49,190 nt of DNA from Dehalococcoidales bacterium (lineage in GTDB: Bacteria > Chloroflexota > Dehalococcoidia > Dehalococcoidales > JAFGLR01), in NCBI GenBank assembly GCA_016927955.1, contig JAFGLR010000027.1, forward strand, positions 1-49,190, written 5' to 3'. Position numbers and translations under genes: made by a program. Below, piece after piece: positions 17,333 through 27,652 of the stretch; positions within the stretch are counted from its first letter, which is position 1, and each line of letters begins with the position of its first letter. The notes beneath the pieces are model-generated. The model did not search any database. It was given only the letters and a program-made list of their open reading frames with translations, and was not told where the DNA came from.

Positions 17333-18877
17333 GTGCTCTCTGCCGACCTTATTCTGAAAAATGCCATAGTTATTACAATGTCACCCGAACGGCCTCAAGC
17401 TGAAATGGTAGCGATAGCCGGAGATAAAATATTAGCGGTTGGAGACAAAAATGAAACCAGTATTTTAACCGGCAAAAATACCAGGATGATCGATTGTGGG
17501 GGTAAAACATTAGTCCCTGGTTTTAACGATGCCCATTGTCATATATTTTCTATGGCTATTAGTCTGTCCAGTATTGACGTTAGCCCCTGGTCGGTGAAAT
17601 CAATAGGTGATATTAAAGAGCTTATTAGAACACGTGTTCGAGAAATACCGCCTGGAAAATGGATTTCCGCTACCGGCTATAATGAATATAACCTGGCGGA
17701 CAAAAGGCATCCCAACCGCTGGGACATTGATGAAGCTGCTCCTGATAATCCTGTCGTGGTATCCCATCGGTCACTACACTCATGTATTCTAAATAGTCGA
17801 GCATTATCTTTAGCTAATTTGACAAAAGAAAGTATCGAGCCTCCCGGTAAGGTGTTTGAGCGTGATCCGAAAACCGGAGAACTAAGCGGTGTTCTGTACG
17901 AGATGCTCGGTTATATTCGGGCTAGCGTTTTACCTCCCCTGAGTGAAACAGAACAAGACCAGAGCCTAACCGACACTTCGCGGCATTATTTGGCCAATGG
18001 GATTACGTCAGTACAGGACGAGTCTATCAGTAATATTCCGGCAAGATGGAATTTATTGAAGCGTCTGCAAAATGAGGGAAAGTTTGCTTTACGAGCTTCC
18101 ATGACCGCTGGGACAGATTCCTTTAACGATTTTATAAAAGGCGGTTACCCGCGTTCCGGTGATAAAAATCTCCGTTTCGGAGGTTTGAAAATCATTCTGA
18201 ATCAAGCTACCGGTAAGTTATTTCCCTCTCAGGAAGATTTGAATACCTATGTTTTGGGTGCTAACAAAAAAGGATACCGGGTAAGTATTCACGCAGTTAC
18301 GGCAGAGATGGTTGAGGCGGCGATAATAGCTTACGAATATGCCCGGGAGCATAATCCAGAAAACACTATGCGAAACCGCATCGAACATTGTTCCGAGTGT
18401 CCGCCGGAATTAATGGCACGTCTGCGAAAGTTAGGTATAATCATAGTCAGCCAGCCGCTGTTCTTGTATTACAGTGGGGACAGATATTTAGAGACGTTGG
18501 CTCCAGAAACACAACCGTGGTTATACCGTTTTAAGACTTTTATCGACAGTGGGTTAATAACTGCGGCCAGTTCCGATTCTCCGGTGGTACCGGATAATCC
18601 GCTTATAGGAATGTATGCTGCAGTTACCCGTAAAACAAAAGCCGGCAGGAAGGTAAACTCTAAAGAATGCATTAATGCTCAACAAGCTCTACAGATGTAC
18701 ACTATCAATGCCGCTTTTGCGTCCGGAGAAGAATATGTAAAAGGCTCACTAACTCCCGGGAAATTGGCGGATATGGTAGTATTAAGTGATAATCCGCTGA
18801 CCGTATCGCCGGAGAAAATCAAAGACATTAAAGTTGAGATGACGATAGTTGGGGGAAAGTTGGTCTGCGAAAAGTAA
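17333..18877 (+). CDS. Amidohydrolase 3 family (YtcJ-like) metallohydrolase
   Basis: Motifs PGFNDAHCH, IHAV, RIEHC, SSDSP and GKLADMVVL. Confidence 0.9.
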   Translation: MLSADLILKNAIVITMSPERPQAEMVAIAGDKILAVGDKNETSILTGKNTRMIDCGGKTLVPGFNDAHCHIFSMAISLSSIDVSPWSVKSIGDIKELIRTRVREIPPGKWISATGYNEYNLADKRHPNRWDIDEAAPDNPVVVSHRSLHSCILNSRALSLANLTKESIEPPGKVFERDPKTGELSGVLYEMLGYIRASVLPPLSETEQDQSLTDTSRHYLANGITSVQDESISNIPARWNLLKRLQNEGKFALRASMTAGTDSFNDFIKGGYPRSGDKNLRFGGLKIILNQATGKLFPSQEDLNTYVLGANKKGYRVSIHAVTAEMVEAAIIAYEYAREHNPENTMRNRIEHCSECPPELMARLRKLGIIIVSQPLFLYYSGDRYLETLAPETQPWLYRFKTFIDSGLITAASSDSPVVPDNPLIGMYAAVTRKTKAGRKVNSKECINAQQALQMYTINAAFASGEEYVKGSLTPGKLADMVVLSDNPLTVSPEKIKDIKVEMTIVGGKLVCEK

Positions 18878-18903
18878 AATAGAATTAAATAACAGGGGTA
18901 GCT

Positions 18904-19401
18904 ATGGAACTAGATAGTATCATCCGACTCTTAATCAGTATTTTGGTCTGTTTGGTAGCAGCGGCAACCGGTAGTCTGTCTACTATTAAGGCAGTGCAAA
19001 AATGGTACCCCGGATTAAGGAAACCGCGTTTCACACCGCCTAATTGGGTTTTTGGTCCGGTCTGGTTCGTACTTTATGTTCTTATGGCCGTATCAGTATT
19101 TTTTGTCTGGCAAAAAGGGATAGCCGCAAATGAAGTACTTATTGCGTTTGTTTTATTCTGGATACAGCTGGCAGTTAATGCTGCATGGTCGTTTGTTTTT
19201 TTCGGGTTAAAGTCCAAGGGTGGTGGTATTATTACGATAATAATTTTATGGCTCCTCATTTTAGCGACAATAATAGCCTCTTTAAAGGTTTCGGTTTTGG
19301 CAGGATATTTGCTAATTCCATATATAGTGTGGGTTAGTATTGCTACGTACCTTAATATTGGCGTATGGCTGCTGAATAAAACAGGGGAAAAAAACGCATA
19401 A
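18904..19401 (+). CDS. tspO: TspO/MBR tryptophan-rich sensory protein
   Basis: Motifs WY..L.KP.FTPPNWVFGPVW and LLIPY..W...A.YLN. Confidence 0.93.
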   Translation: MELDSIIRLLISILVCLVAAATGSLSTIKAVQKWYPGLRKPRFTPPNWVFGPVWFVLYVLMAVSVFFVWQKGIAANEVLIAFVLFWIQLAVNAAWSFVFFGLKSKGGGIITIIILWLLILATIIASLKVSVLAGYLLIPYIVWVSIATYLNIGVWLLNKTGEKNA

Positions 19402-19502
19402 TAACGTAGTTATTTCATTTTTCGTAAATAGTATCATTGAGAAGTAATATTATCTTGAACTTTCTCTTTAATTGCCTTAAACTTAATTTAGAGGTAAGAA
19501 TA

Positions 19503-19736
19503 ATGCCGATTTACGAGTATTACTGTCCGGAATGTAAAGAAAAATTCGAAAAATTGTGCCGTCTCAGTCAGGCAGATGAAGCGGCCGAATGTCCTAAATG
19601 TAAAACAAGTTCGAAACGGGTTTTATCGAAGTGTGCCTCATTTTCTAAAGATTCCAGCGGGGCTACCACTTCTGTCGCTGGCGGCGGGGGTTGTTCCTCA
19701 TGCGGTTCTTCCAGTTGTACTTCTTGCCATAATTAG
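19503..19736 (+). CDS. FmdB-family zinc-ribbon protein
   Basis: MPIYEYYCPEC...CPKC with a Cys-rich tail. GAGG RBS upstream. Confidence 0.9.
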   Translation: MPIYEYYCPECKEKFEKLCRLSQADEAAECPKCKTSSKRVLSKCASFSKDSSGATTSVAGGGGCSSCGSSSCTSCHN

Positions 19737-19746
19737 AAGAGATATT

Positions 19747-20523
19747 ATGGTTTCACTACCTGAATCTATTAGAAAGAATTTATCCACTCATATTGTCGGA
19801 CGGAATATTTTATACTTCCCCTCGGTTACTTCTACTAATGATGTTGCCAAAGAAATAGCCCGGAAACAAGTTATCGAAGGCACGGTGGTTATAGCTGACG
19901 AACAAACCGCCGGGAAAGGCCGACTTAATCGTACATGGACTTCGCCCGAAGGCGTTATCGCTTATTCGGCTATACTTAATCCTTCGGTTGCCCAATTGCC
20001 TCTTATGATAATGATTGCCTCTCTGTCCGTAGTTCACGCTATTAGAAATATTACCGGCATAAAAGCCCGAATCAAATGGCCTAATGACGTACAGATTGAT
20101 GGCAAAAAGGTTTGTGGCATATTGATTGAAAACAGTCTGCGTGGCGGTAAGGTGGAATACTCAGTCATCGGTATCGGTATTAATGCCAATGTAAATACCG
20201 TTGAATATCCGGAAATTGCGGAAACTGCTACCAGTTTGTCTTTTATATCCGGCCGGGAAATTCCCAAAGTGGATTTAATACAGGGATTGATGATTGAGTT
20301 GGACAAACTATATTTATCTATGCACAATAGTAAATCGATATTTGAAGAGTGGCGGGATAATCTGGTAACTATCGGGCAATATGTTCGGGCGGTATCCGGT
20401 GATACAGTTTATGAAGGTACCGCCGAATCGGTCAAACCGGACGGAAGTCTGCTGATTAAGCAAGCAGGTGGAAATATCATTCAGGTAGTACAAGGCGATG
20501 TTACTTTAAAACATAAGACCTGA
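19747..20523 (+). CDS. birA: Biotin-protein ligase without HTH (group I)
   Basis: Motifs STN, QTAGKGR, KWPND, KKVCGIL and GIGIN. Start reassigned to MVSLPE. Confidence 0.93.
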   Translation: MVSLPESIRKNLSTHIVGRNILYFPSVTSTNDVAKEIARKQVIEGTVVIADEQTAGKGRLNRTWTSPEGVIAYSAILNPSVAQLPLMIMIASLSVVHAIRNITGIKARIKWPNDVQIDGKKVCGILIENSLRGGKVEYSVIGIGINANVNTVEYPEIAETATSLSFISGREIPKVDLIQGLMIELDKLYLSMHNSKSIFEEWRDNLVTIGQYVRAVSGDTVYEGTAESVKPDGSLLIKQAGGNIIQVVQGDVTLKHKT

Positions 20524-20548
20524 GCCGTTCGGCTCAGGTCTTATGTTT
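20509..20548. terminator. Perfect inverted repeat, probable bidirectional terminator
   Basis: AAACATAAGACCTGAGCC-GTTC-GGCTCAGGTCTTATGTTT (18-bp stem) between convergent genes. Confidence 0.85.
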
Positions 20549-20557
20549 ATTAGATAG

Positions 20558-21331
20558 TTATTCTTCCGGTGGTTTTTGTGGTTTAGATACAAATGCCTTC
20601 AATAATTCGATTGGTAATGGGAATATAATGGTGTTAGTCTTCTCGGAAGCTATTTCTGTCATTGTCTGCAAATAACGCAGTTGGATAGTGGCTGGTTCCT
20701 GTCCGATGATTTTAGCCGCATCAGCTAACCTCTGAGAAGCCTGGAATTCACCGTCAGCGTGAATAATCTTGGCACGGCGTTCACGTTCGGCTTCTGCCTG
20801 GGCTGCCATCGACCGCCTCATCGACTCAGGTAATTCAACATCCTTGATTTCAACGATGGTTACTTTAACACCCCATGGGTCGGTCTGCTCGTCAATCATC
20901 TTTTGCAGTATTTGATTGAGCTTCTCACGCTGGGTTAATAGTTCATCAAGTTCAGATTGTCCAAGAACATTCCTTACGGTTGTCTGGGAAATCAGAGAGG
21001 TTGACCGGATATGGTCTAACACTTTAACGACTGAGGCTTCCGGGTCGACGACTCTGAGATAAACAACCGCATTCACTCTTACGGTTACGTTATCTTTGGT
21101 TATGATATCCTGCGGCGGAACATCCATGGTAATAATACGCAGGTCGACTTTAACCATCCTATCAAAGAAAGGGATAATCATGAAGAAACCCGGTCCCTTG
21201 GCACCCGTTAAACGGCCAAGGCGGAAAATTACACCTCTTTCATATTCCTGCACGATCTTAATAGAGAGAGATAGAAGTATGATGATAAATATTGCTACAA
21301 CAACCCAAATAATGATTGGACCCATATACAC
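20558..21331 (-). CDS. SPFH/stomatin-like (slipin) protein
   Basis: N-terminal TM helix. Motifs EYERGVIFRLGR, ITKDNV and QAEAERERRAK. Confidence 0.95.
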   Translation of the reverse strand: MYMGPIIIWVVVAIFIIILLSLSIKIVQEYERGVIFRLGRLTGAKGPGFFMIIPFFDRMVKVDLRIITMDVPPQDIITKDNVTVRVNAVVYLRVVDPEASVVKVLDHIRSTSLISQTTVRNVLGQSELDELLTQREKLNQILQKMIDEQTDPWGVKVTIVEIKDVELPESMRRSMAAQAEAERERRAKIIHADGEFQASQRLADAAKIIGQEPATIQLRYLQTMTEIASEKTNTIIFPLPIELLKAFVSKPQKPPEE

Positions 21332-21365
21332 CTCCTGTATTTAATATATTTATGCCTTAGATAGA

Positions 21366-21662
21366 TTAAGTGGTCTTATTATTATCCGGTTTTACTACGT
21401 ATAAAACCAGGTCTTTGACTTTTATAATAGTTACCGTCTGATTTTCCTCGATATTCCCTGACTCGGAAATGGCTTCCCAGCGTTCACCGCGGAAAAACAC
21501 CTGACCGGTTGGTGTTAATGGAGTTCGGGTAGTGGCTGTCTTGCCGATAAGTTCTTCACGACCGGTGGTTACCTGTCTGCGGTGTGCTGCAACTACCCGC
21601 TCTATGACAAACGCCAGTGCCAGTACTACGAGGACTATAATAACAATTATAGTGGCGGTCAC
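21366..21662 (-). CDS. Short NfeD-like protein (TM helix plus OB fold)
   Basis: TG.EELIG....TPL.P.G.V...GE.W.A pattern. Lies upstream of the slipin gene. Confidence 0.88.
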   Translation of the reverse strand: MTATIIVIIVLVVLALAFVIERVVAAHRRQVTTGREELIGKTATTRTPLTPTGQVFFRGERWEAISESGNIEENQTVTIIKVKDLVLYVVKPDNNKTT

Positions 21663-21885
21663 TCGGATTGCCTCCCCTAGACTTAGATTACCCCAATAAT
21701 CAAGTAATCGTTAATACACTATTGTTAATTAATCTATGCAAACGCATTATAATCAGGTATTAATAATAATGCAACTGGTAAGGTGACAATGTTAGTAATC
21801 TGCATCAAAGTTCCTGGTAATAGTTATATTGAATCATTATCTTAATTTGGTGTAAAATCAAATCACTGTCTAAGATGGAAATACG

Positions 21886-23166
21886 ATGAAAGTACAAAGA
21901 TGCAAAGGTTTCCGCGATTTATTGCCTATCGAGATGGAAAAATTTCGCCTTGTCGAGGCAGCGTTTCGCGATTGTTGTGCCGGGTGGGGCTACCAGGAGA
22001 TTAGAACCCCTACTCTGGAATACCTTTACTTGTTTACCTCAACCGGCACTCTGACACCGCGGCAGCTGAATAAAGCTTATTCTTTTTTGGATTGGGATGG
22101 CTGGAGCGGAGAGCGTGTCGTTTTACGTCCGGAAGGGACTATCCCGGCAGCTCGTTTTTATATTGATACTGCAAAAGATTCGGAACTGGCAAAATATTAC
22201 TACGTAGCCAACTCATTCGTTTTCGATGAGACGGGCAAGCAGAGCCGGGAGAGATGGCAGTGCGGTGTCGAGTTAATCGGAGTCAGTTCGCCCGTAGCCG
22301 ATGTGGAATTAATCACAATGGCTATAGAAGTATTGCGTAATCTAAATCTGGGGGATATTGAATTACAGCTATCTCATGCCGGTTTAATTCAGGCTTTAAT
22401 ATCCAGCCTTGGAATAGATAGGGAGAAGCAGACCGAAATAACCGACCGTATTTTAGATGGCGAAATAGAGGCTCTAACCGGTATTAAAACGGAAAACAAA
22501 GCGGTCAGCCGCAACATATCTGCTCTAATCAATATGCAGGGGAAATCGGGCAGTCTGTTAAGGAACCTGAAGTCTCTATATTCGCGAGAGCTTCCGGCAG
22601 TGGTAAAACCTTTAGACGATTTAATCAATATCGTTGATTTATTAGAAAGTTTGGGGATAAAGTATAAAATCGATATTGATTCCGGGCGTGGTTTTGAGTA
22701 TTATACCGGCTTTGTTTTCCATGTAACCGTGAAAGGCGAACGGGTCGGCGGCGGCGGCCGTTATGATGCTCTAATACCGTTAATGAGTCAGCAAGATATA
22801 CCGGCTTCAGGTTTTGCTCTTTATCTCGACCGGTTGATAAACATGGTCGAAATTAAATCAGATTCATCGATATTACCCGGTGTCGTAATTAAAGTATCGG
22901 AAAAAGACGGCGAATCGGTTAAAACCGGATTTAAATTGGCTGCTATTATTCATCAACATGGCGGCAAAGCTGAGATGGATATAGGGGCTAAACATCCGGT
23001 TGGTTTTAACTGGGTGGCCGATGTTACCGGAACTCCGGTAATTGTTCTAACCAATCATATAAACCGTAAAAAATATAAGGTAAATAGTGCTTCGGAAATG
23101 CTCGAGATACTGGAAAATGAAAAAACAAGTAAAAATCGCTCTACCAAAAGGTCGTCTTCTCGCTGA
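21886..23166 (+). CDS. hisZ: ATP phosphoribosyltransferase regulatory subunit (HisRS-like)
   Basis: HisRS-like motifs LRPEGT, RGFEYYTG and GGGRYD. The motif-2 Arg is absent (SFVFDE). First gene of the his operon, ahead of hisG. Confidence 0.82.
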   Translation: MKVQRCKGFRDLLPIEMEKFRLVEAAFRDCCAGWGYQEIRTPTLEYLYLFTSTGTLTPRQLNKAYSFLDWDGWSGERVVLRPEGTIPAARFYIDTAKDSELAKYYYVANSFVFDETGKQSRERWQCGVELIGVSSPVADVELITMAIEVLRNLNLGDIELQLSHAGLIQALISSLGIDREKQTEITDRILDGEIEALTGIKTENKAVSRNISALINMQGKSGSLLRNLKSLYSRELPAVVKPLDDLINIVDLLESLGIKYKIDIDSGRGFEYYTGFVFHVTVKGERVGGGGRYDALIPLMSQQDIPASGFALYLDRLINMVEIKSDSSILPGVVIKVSEKDGESVKTGFKLAAIIHQHGGKAEMDIGAKHPVGFNWVADVTGTPVIVLTNHINRKKYKVNSASEMLEILENEKTSKNRSTKRSSSR

Positions 23167-24523
23167 AACCTCCCGGCTACTACAGGCAGCCGGTTGGGGG
23201 CTAAACGATTATACCAAAGACACTCGACTGTATCATCTCCAATCTACTACTTATCCGGACCTTATAGCTAAGGTATTTCAAGAGAGAGATATTCCCGTTC
23301 AGGTCGCTATCGGGAACTATGATTTAGGTATCTGCGGTCTGGATTGGGTAGAGGAACAACTGGTTAAATATCCCAGCAGCGCTTTGGTGAAAATCGAAGA
23401 CCTCGGTTATGGTCAGGGTATTCTCTACGTCGTAGCCGGACGATTTAATATGCTTAGCGATATACGGGGCAGTGCCGAGCACATCCGTATTGCCAGTGAA
23501 TATCCGAATTTGGCAGAGTCTTTCGCGGCACAGAACAGGTTGCGTAGCTTCAGCGTGTATCCGGTTTGGGGTGCGGCGGAAGCATATCCGCCGGAGAGTG
23601 CCGATTTAGCCATGGTTTCCGATGGTAAAATTGGGAGGGAATCTTCGGAAAGTTTATCTGTAATTGGTAAGGTATCGAATTTCAGTGCTTACTTAATAGC
23701 GAACCGTGAGAGTTGGGAAAACAGTGACCTCGGCCGTTTTCTATCAAGTCTGTTTGAGAATAGACCGGCGGCTAAACCATACCCCACTTTAGATATCGGT
23801 AAAACCAGCAATAGTAAGGTAAAATATGCTTTTCTTTCAAGTGATATTATACGCATCGCGATACCTGACGGACATCAGCAATCCCCAACCATTGATTTGT
23901 TACAAGCCGCGGGCATTCAATTAGAAGGTTATAACAGTTCCGGCGGCAATACGAGGCCGAAATCTAATCTTGAGGGTGTAGCATTTAAGGTTATCCGTCC
24001 TCAGGATATGCCATTACAGGTGGCTAACGGTAATTTCGACCTTGCAATCACCGGCAGGGACTGGCTCAGGAATCACTTATATCAATTTCCGACCAGTCCG
24101 GTGGAGGAGTTATTAGACTTAAAATCAGGTTGGGTTAGAATCGTGGCAGTTGTCAGTAATAACCTGCCTGTTGATGATACTAATACATTAAGAAGTTATT
24201 GCTCGGAAAACCCAAAGGTATTGCGTATAGCTTCCGAATATACTAATATAGCTGATAAGTATGCCCGGGACAATCATCTCGGTATGTACCGCATTATTCC
24301 TACCTGGGGGGCAACCGAAACATTTATCCCGGATGATGCCGATATGCTGATTGAAAATACCCAGACCGGTAAAACGCTGGCTCGGCATAATCTTAAGATA
24401 GTCGATACGCTTTTTGAATCGACAGGTTGTCTGATTGGTAATACGAGTATTCGGAAGAATAAAGTAAAAGCCGAACGAATTAACAGGGTAATCACGATGT
24501 TGAGGGGTGCCCTGGGAGCTTGA
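23117..24523 (+). CDS. hisG: ATP phosphoribosyltransferase, tandem duplicated short-form domains
   Basis: Two copies of IA(L/I)PxG...D(I/M)P.QVA.GN.DL.I.G.DW...RIASEY. Start reassigned to MKKQVK. Confidence 0.9.
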   Translation: MKKQVKIALPKGRLLAETSRLLQAAGWGLNDYTKDTRLYHLQSTTYPDLIAKVFQERDIPVQVAIGNYDLGICGLDWVEEQLVKYPSSALVKIEDLGYGQGILYVVAGRFNMLSDIRGSAEHIRIASEYPNLAESFAAQNRLRSFSVYPVWGAAEAYPPESADLAMVSDGKIGRESSESLSVIGKVSNFSAYLIANRESWENSDLGRFLSSLFENRPAAKPYPTLDIGKTSNSKVKYAFLSSDIIRIAIPDGHQQSPTIDLLQAAGIQLEGYNSSGGNTRPKSNLEGVAFKVIRPQDMPLQVANGNFDLAITGRDWLRNHLYQFPTSPVEELLDLKSGWVRIVAVVSNNLPVDDTNTLRSYCSENPKVLRIASEYTNIADKYARDNHLGMYRIIPTWGATETFIPDDADMLIENTQTGKTLARHNLKIVDTLFESTGCLIGNTSIRKNKVKAERINRVITMLRGALGA

Positions 24524-24524
24524 A

Positions 24525-25853
24525 ATGGAAATAATTAAAGGTATGGCTGCCGCCCGGAAACGGTTGACTCGGCAGACTCAGACCGCATACGGAGAGGTTT
24601 CTCCGGCAGTAAAAAACCGACTGAAAGAAATATTTAAAAGAGAAATCAGCCCGGAACAAGCTGTTGCTCAAATACTCGAAGATGTTCGTACTAGAGGCGA
24701 TGTGGCACTGGTGGAATATACTTTGATAATTGATAAGGTTAAGTTAATATCATTGGAAGTAAGTAAAAGGCAGATTGCCGAGGCTTACAAAAAAGTTGAT
24801 AGCAAGCTGGTTGATGCTTTAAAGGTGGCAGCCGGTCGTATCCGCCGGTTCCATAAGGAACAAAAAGATAGTATCTGGCACGAGGTAGGCGGTAGGGAAT
24901 GGGGGCAAGTTATCCGCCCGCTTAACCGCGTTGGGTTTTATGTGCCCGGTGGTATGGCCAGTTATCCTTCGACGGTTTTAGCTACCGTTGTCCCGGCCAA
25001 AGTTGCCGGGGTAAAAGAAACCATTATAGTTACACCGCCTCAGCCTGGCGGTATTGTTCCGGTGAATACCATTGTGGCGGCCGATATTGCCGGAGCCGAC
25101 CGTATTTTTAATATAGGCGGGGCTCAAGCTGTTGCCGCCCTGGCTTATGGTACCAAAACCGTGCCTCGTGTCGATAAAATCTGCGGGCCGGGTAATGTAT
25201 TCGTAATGCTGGCGAAAAAACAGGTCTTCGGTACAGTCGCTATCGATGCTTTACAGGGACCTAGCGAGGTACTCGTTATTGCCGATGATACGGCTAATCC
25301 GAAATATTGTGCGGCCGACTTGCTGGCTCAGGCGGAACATGACACGCTGGCCCAATCGATATTTATTACTACCTCGGTTGGTATAGCGAATAAGGTTAAG
25401 AAAGAATTAGAAAAACAGTTGGCCGTTTTACCCCGGAAAAATATCACTTCGGAATCAATGGAAAAGAACGGGGCTATTATTGTTGTTACAGATGTCGATG
25501 AGGCAATAGAACTGGCTAATTTATTCGCTCCGGAGCACCTTGAGCTAATGGTTACCGATGCCAAGAAGTATGTGTCTAAGATTACTAATGCCGGTTGTAT
25601 ATTTGTTGGTGAGTATGCTACCGAACCTATCGGAGATTATGTAGCCGGACCGAGCCATGCTTTACCCACCGGCGGTACGGCTCGATTTAGTTCGCCATTG
25701 AATATTCTGGATTTTTTGAAAATTATAGATGTGGTTAAAGTAAATAAAACCGGTATCAAGAAATTGGGTAATATTGCAATGACGATAGCTCGTGCCGAAG
25801 GTTTGGAAGCCCATGCCAGGGCCGTTGAAAAACGGCTGGAGGACTTAAAATAA
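24525..25853 (+). CDS. hisD: Histidinol dehydrogenase
   Basis: Motifs YVPGG, GPSEV, AQAEHD, APEHL and GPSHALPT. Confidence 0.96.
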   Translation: MEIIKGMAAARKRLTRQTQTAYGEVSPAVKNRLKEIFKREISPEQAVAQILEDVRTRGDVALVEYTLIIDKVKLISLEVSKRQIAEAYKKVDSKLVDALKVAAGRIRRFHKEQKDSIWHEVGGREWGQVIRPLNRVGFYVPGGMASYPSTVLATVVPAKVAGVKETIIVTPPQPGGIVPVNTIVAADIAGADRIFNIGGAQAVAALAYGTKTVPRVDKICGPGNVFVMLAKKQVFGTVAIDALQGPSEVLVIADDTANPKYCAADLLAQAEHDTLAQSIFITTSVGIANKVKKELEKQLAVLPRKNITSESMEKNGAIIVVTDVDEAIELANLFAPEHLELMVTDAKKYVSKITNAGCIFVGEYATEPIGDYVAGPSHALPTGGTARFSSPLNILDFLKIIDVVKVNKTGIKKLGNIAMTIARAEGLEAHARAVEKRLEDLK

Positions 25854-26950
25854 TGCCGGAGGGAATTGAAAAATATGTCCGTAAGGAATTGCTTACGTTT
25901 GGTGCCTATAGTTCGCCGAAGGCGTCCGACAAACAAGCGGAGCAAGCCGGTATTCCTTTAAAAAAAATAATTAAAATCGACCAGAATGAAAACCTTTTTG
26001 GCCCGTCACCGCGCGTTAATCGTATTTTAGCGAAAAATAACAGCTTTAACATATATCCTGATGCCGAACAGACTGCCTTTCGTAAACAGCTATCGGAGTA
26101 TACCGGTGTCGGTCCTGAATGTATCGTTGGAGCTAGCGGCAGCAATCAACTTCTTGACCTGATAACCCGTCTTTTTGTCGGTGAAGGGGATAGGGTTGTT
26201 AATTGCGTACCGACTTTTGATATATACCGTTTCAGCACACAGGTATGCGGCGGCAAACTCGTTGAAATTCAACGGGATGAGAACTTTGCTATAGATGTAA
26301 AAGCTATGCGGCGAGCGGTGGATAAAAAGACTAAACTGATATTTTTGGCTAATCCCAATGCACCTACAGGTAATTTGACACCCCGTAAAGATTTAATCGA
26401 GGTATTGGAGATAGGGATACCGACGTGTATCGATGAGGCTTATTATGAATTCAGCGGGGTAACTGTCGTTCCTTTAATGAAAAGGTATCCGAATTTAATG
26501 GTTGTCCGTACTTTCAGTAAGTGGGCCGGTCTGGCCGGTCTTCGGGTAGGGTATGGACTATTTCCACCGGCGGTTGCTGATTTACTACATCGGATAAAGA
26601 TACCCTATAATATTAACGTAGCTGCTCTGACTGCGGTGCAAGAATCGATGTTGGATTTAGATTACCTGATGAACAGGGTTAAAGTCATTGTCGCCGAAAG
26701 GGATAAGCTATATGCCGGGTTGAAAAAAATGCCATGGTTAACCCCTTATCCTTCAAAGGCCAACTTCATTCTTTGTAAGTTGCTAAAAGGTAATGCGGCC
26801 GAATTGCAGGATAAGCTGCAGGAAAAAGGCATTCTGGTACGTTATTTTGCTAAGCCGAGGCTGGAAAACTGTATCCGTCTCAGCATCGGTAAACCGGAAC
26901 ATACGGATATAGTTCTCCAGACCTTGCGGGAAATAGGATCTTCGTGGTAA
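25853..26950 (+). CDS. hisC: Histidinol-phosphate aminotransferase
   Basis: Motifs NENLFGPS, NPNAPTG, DEAYYEF and RTFSKWAGLAGLRVG. Confidence 0.95.
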   Translation: MPEGIEKYVRKELLTFGAYSSPKASDKQAEQAGIPLKKIIKIDQNENLFGPSPRVNRILAKNNSFNIYPDAEQTAFRKQLSEYTGVGPECIVGASGSNQLLDLITRLFVGEGDRVVNCVPTFDIYRFSTQVCGGKLVEIQRDENFAIDVKAMRRAVDKKTKLIFLANPNAPTGNLTPRKDLIEVLEIGIPTCIDEAYYEFSGVTVVPLMKRYPNLMVVRTFSKWAGLAGLRVGYGLFPPAVADLLHRIKIPYNINVAALTAVQESMLDLDYLMNRVKVIVAERDKLYAGLKKMPWLTPYPSKANFILCKLLKGNAAELQDKLQEKGILVRYFAKPRLENCIRLSIGKPEHTDIVLQTLREIGSSW

Positions 26951-26972
26951 TCTAGTACCCTTGAGGTGAATT

Positions 26973-27554
26973 ATGAAAGCCAGAAAAGCAATCATTAAAC
27001 GCCGGACTAAAGAAACCGATATTAATCTGGAATGGAACCTGGACGGCACCGGGGATAGTAATATTAAGACCGGCATCGGCAGTTTCGACCATCTTCTTTC
27101 GCAGGTGGCAAAGCACGGCACATTTAACATAACATTAGCAGCCAGCGGGGATGACCAGCATCACCTTATTGAGGATGTAGCCCTTTGTATGGGCAAAGCT
27201 TTTAATAAAGCTCTGGGCGAAAAGATAGGTATTGTCAGAATGGCTGACGCTACCGTGCCGATGGATGAAGCTTTAGCGATGGCGGCTATCGACATTAGCG
27301 GCAGGGGATACTCCGTAATAGAACTACCGCTTAAAGGTAATGATATGGGTGGGTTTCCATCTGATTTGATTCGGCATTTCCTCGAATCATTTGCCACAGA
27401 AGGGAAAATCACTCTGCACGCCCGGATTCTTTATGGAGTTAATGACCATCACAAGGTTGAGGCTCTCTTTAAAGCACTGGGGAGGGCTTTAAAACAAGCT
27501 ACACGTATCGATGAACGCATTGGCTTACCCAGTACTAAAGGATTGTTAGAATAG
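26973..27554 (+). CDS. hisB: Imidazoleglycerol-phosphate dehydratase
   Basis: Motifs [16 protein letters not shown] and NDHHKVEA. Confidence 0.97.
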   Translation: MKARKAIIKRRTKETDINLEWNLDGTGDSNIKTGIGSFDHLLSQVAKHGTFNITLAASGDDQHHLIEDVALCMGKAFNKALGEKIGIVRMADATVPMDEALAMAAIDISGRGYSVIELPLKGNDMGGFPSDLIRHFLESFATEGKITLHARILYGVNDHHKVEALFKALGRALKQATRIDERIGLPSTKGLLE

Positions 27555-27652
27555 TTTCTGACACTTTTGGTATCTCCTGACTTTAGAGATACTGCTCCGG
27601 CTACGGATTGTTTCAATTCGCAGTATTATAATTAAACTGCCGGTGTCAGGGA
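27555..27652 (+). ncRNA. Candidate multibranch structured RNA element (unassigned)
   Basis: Closing stem 27555-27565/27642-27652 encloses hairpins GTATCTC/GAGATAC, TCCG/CGGA and GCAGT/ACTGC. Confidence 0.4.

Noticed and set aside
20509-20548. Perfect palindrome as a MITE or REP element
   Set aside because: It is a single copy in the window and sits between convergent genes, which a bidirectional terminator explains.
21886-23166. Histidyl-tRNA synthetase call
   Set aside because: The motif-2 arginine is missing and the gene leads into a short-form hisG, which fits HisZ better.
27555-27652. tRNA or pseudo-tRNA call for the cloverleaf
   Set aside because: There is no GTTC T-loop or GG D-loop and the arm lengths do not fit. 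It is kept only as an unassigned structure.
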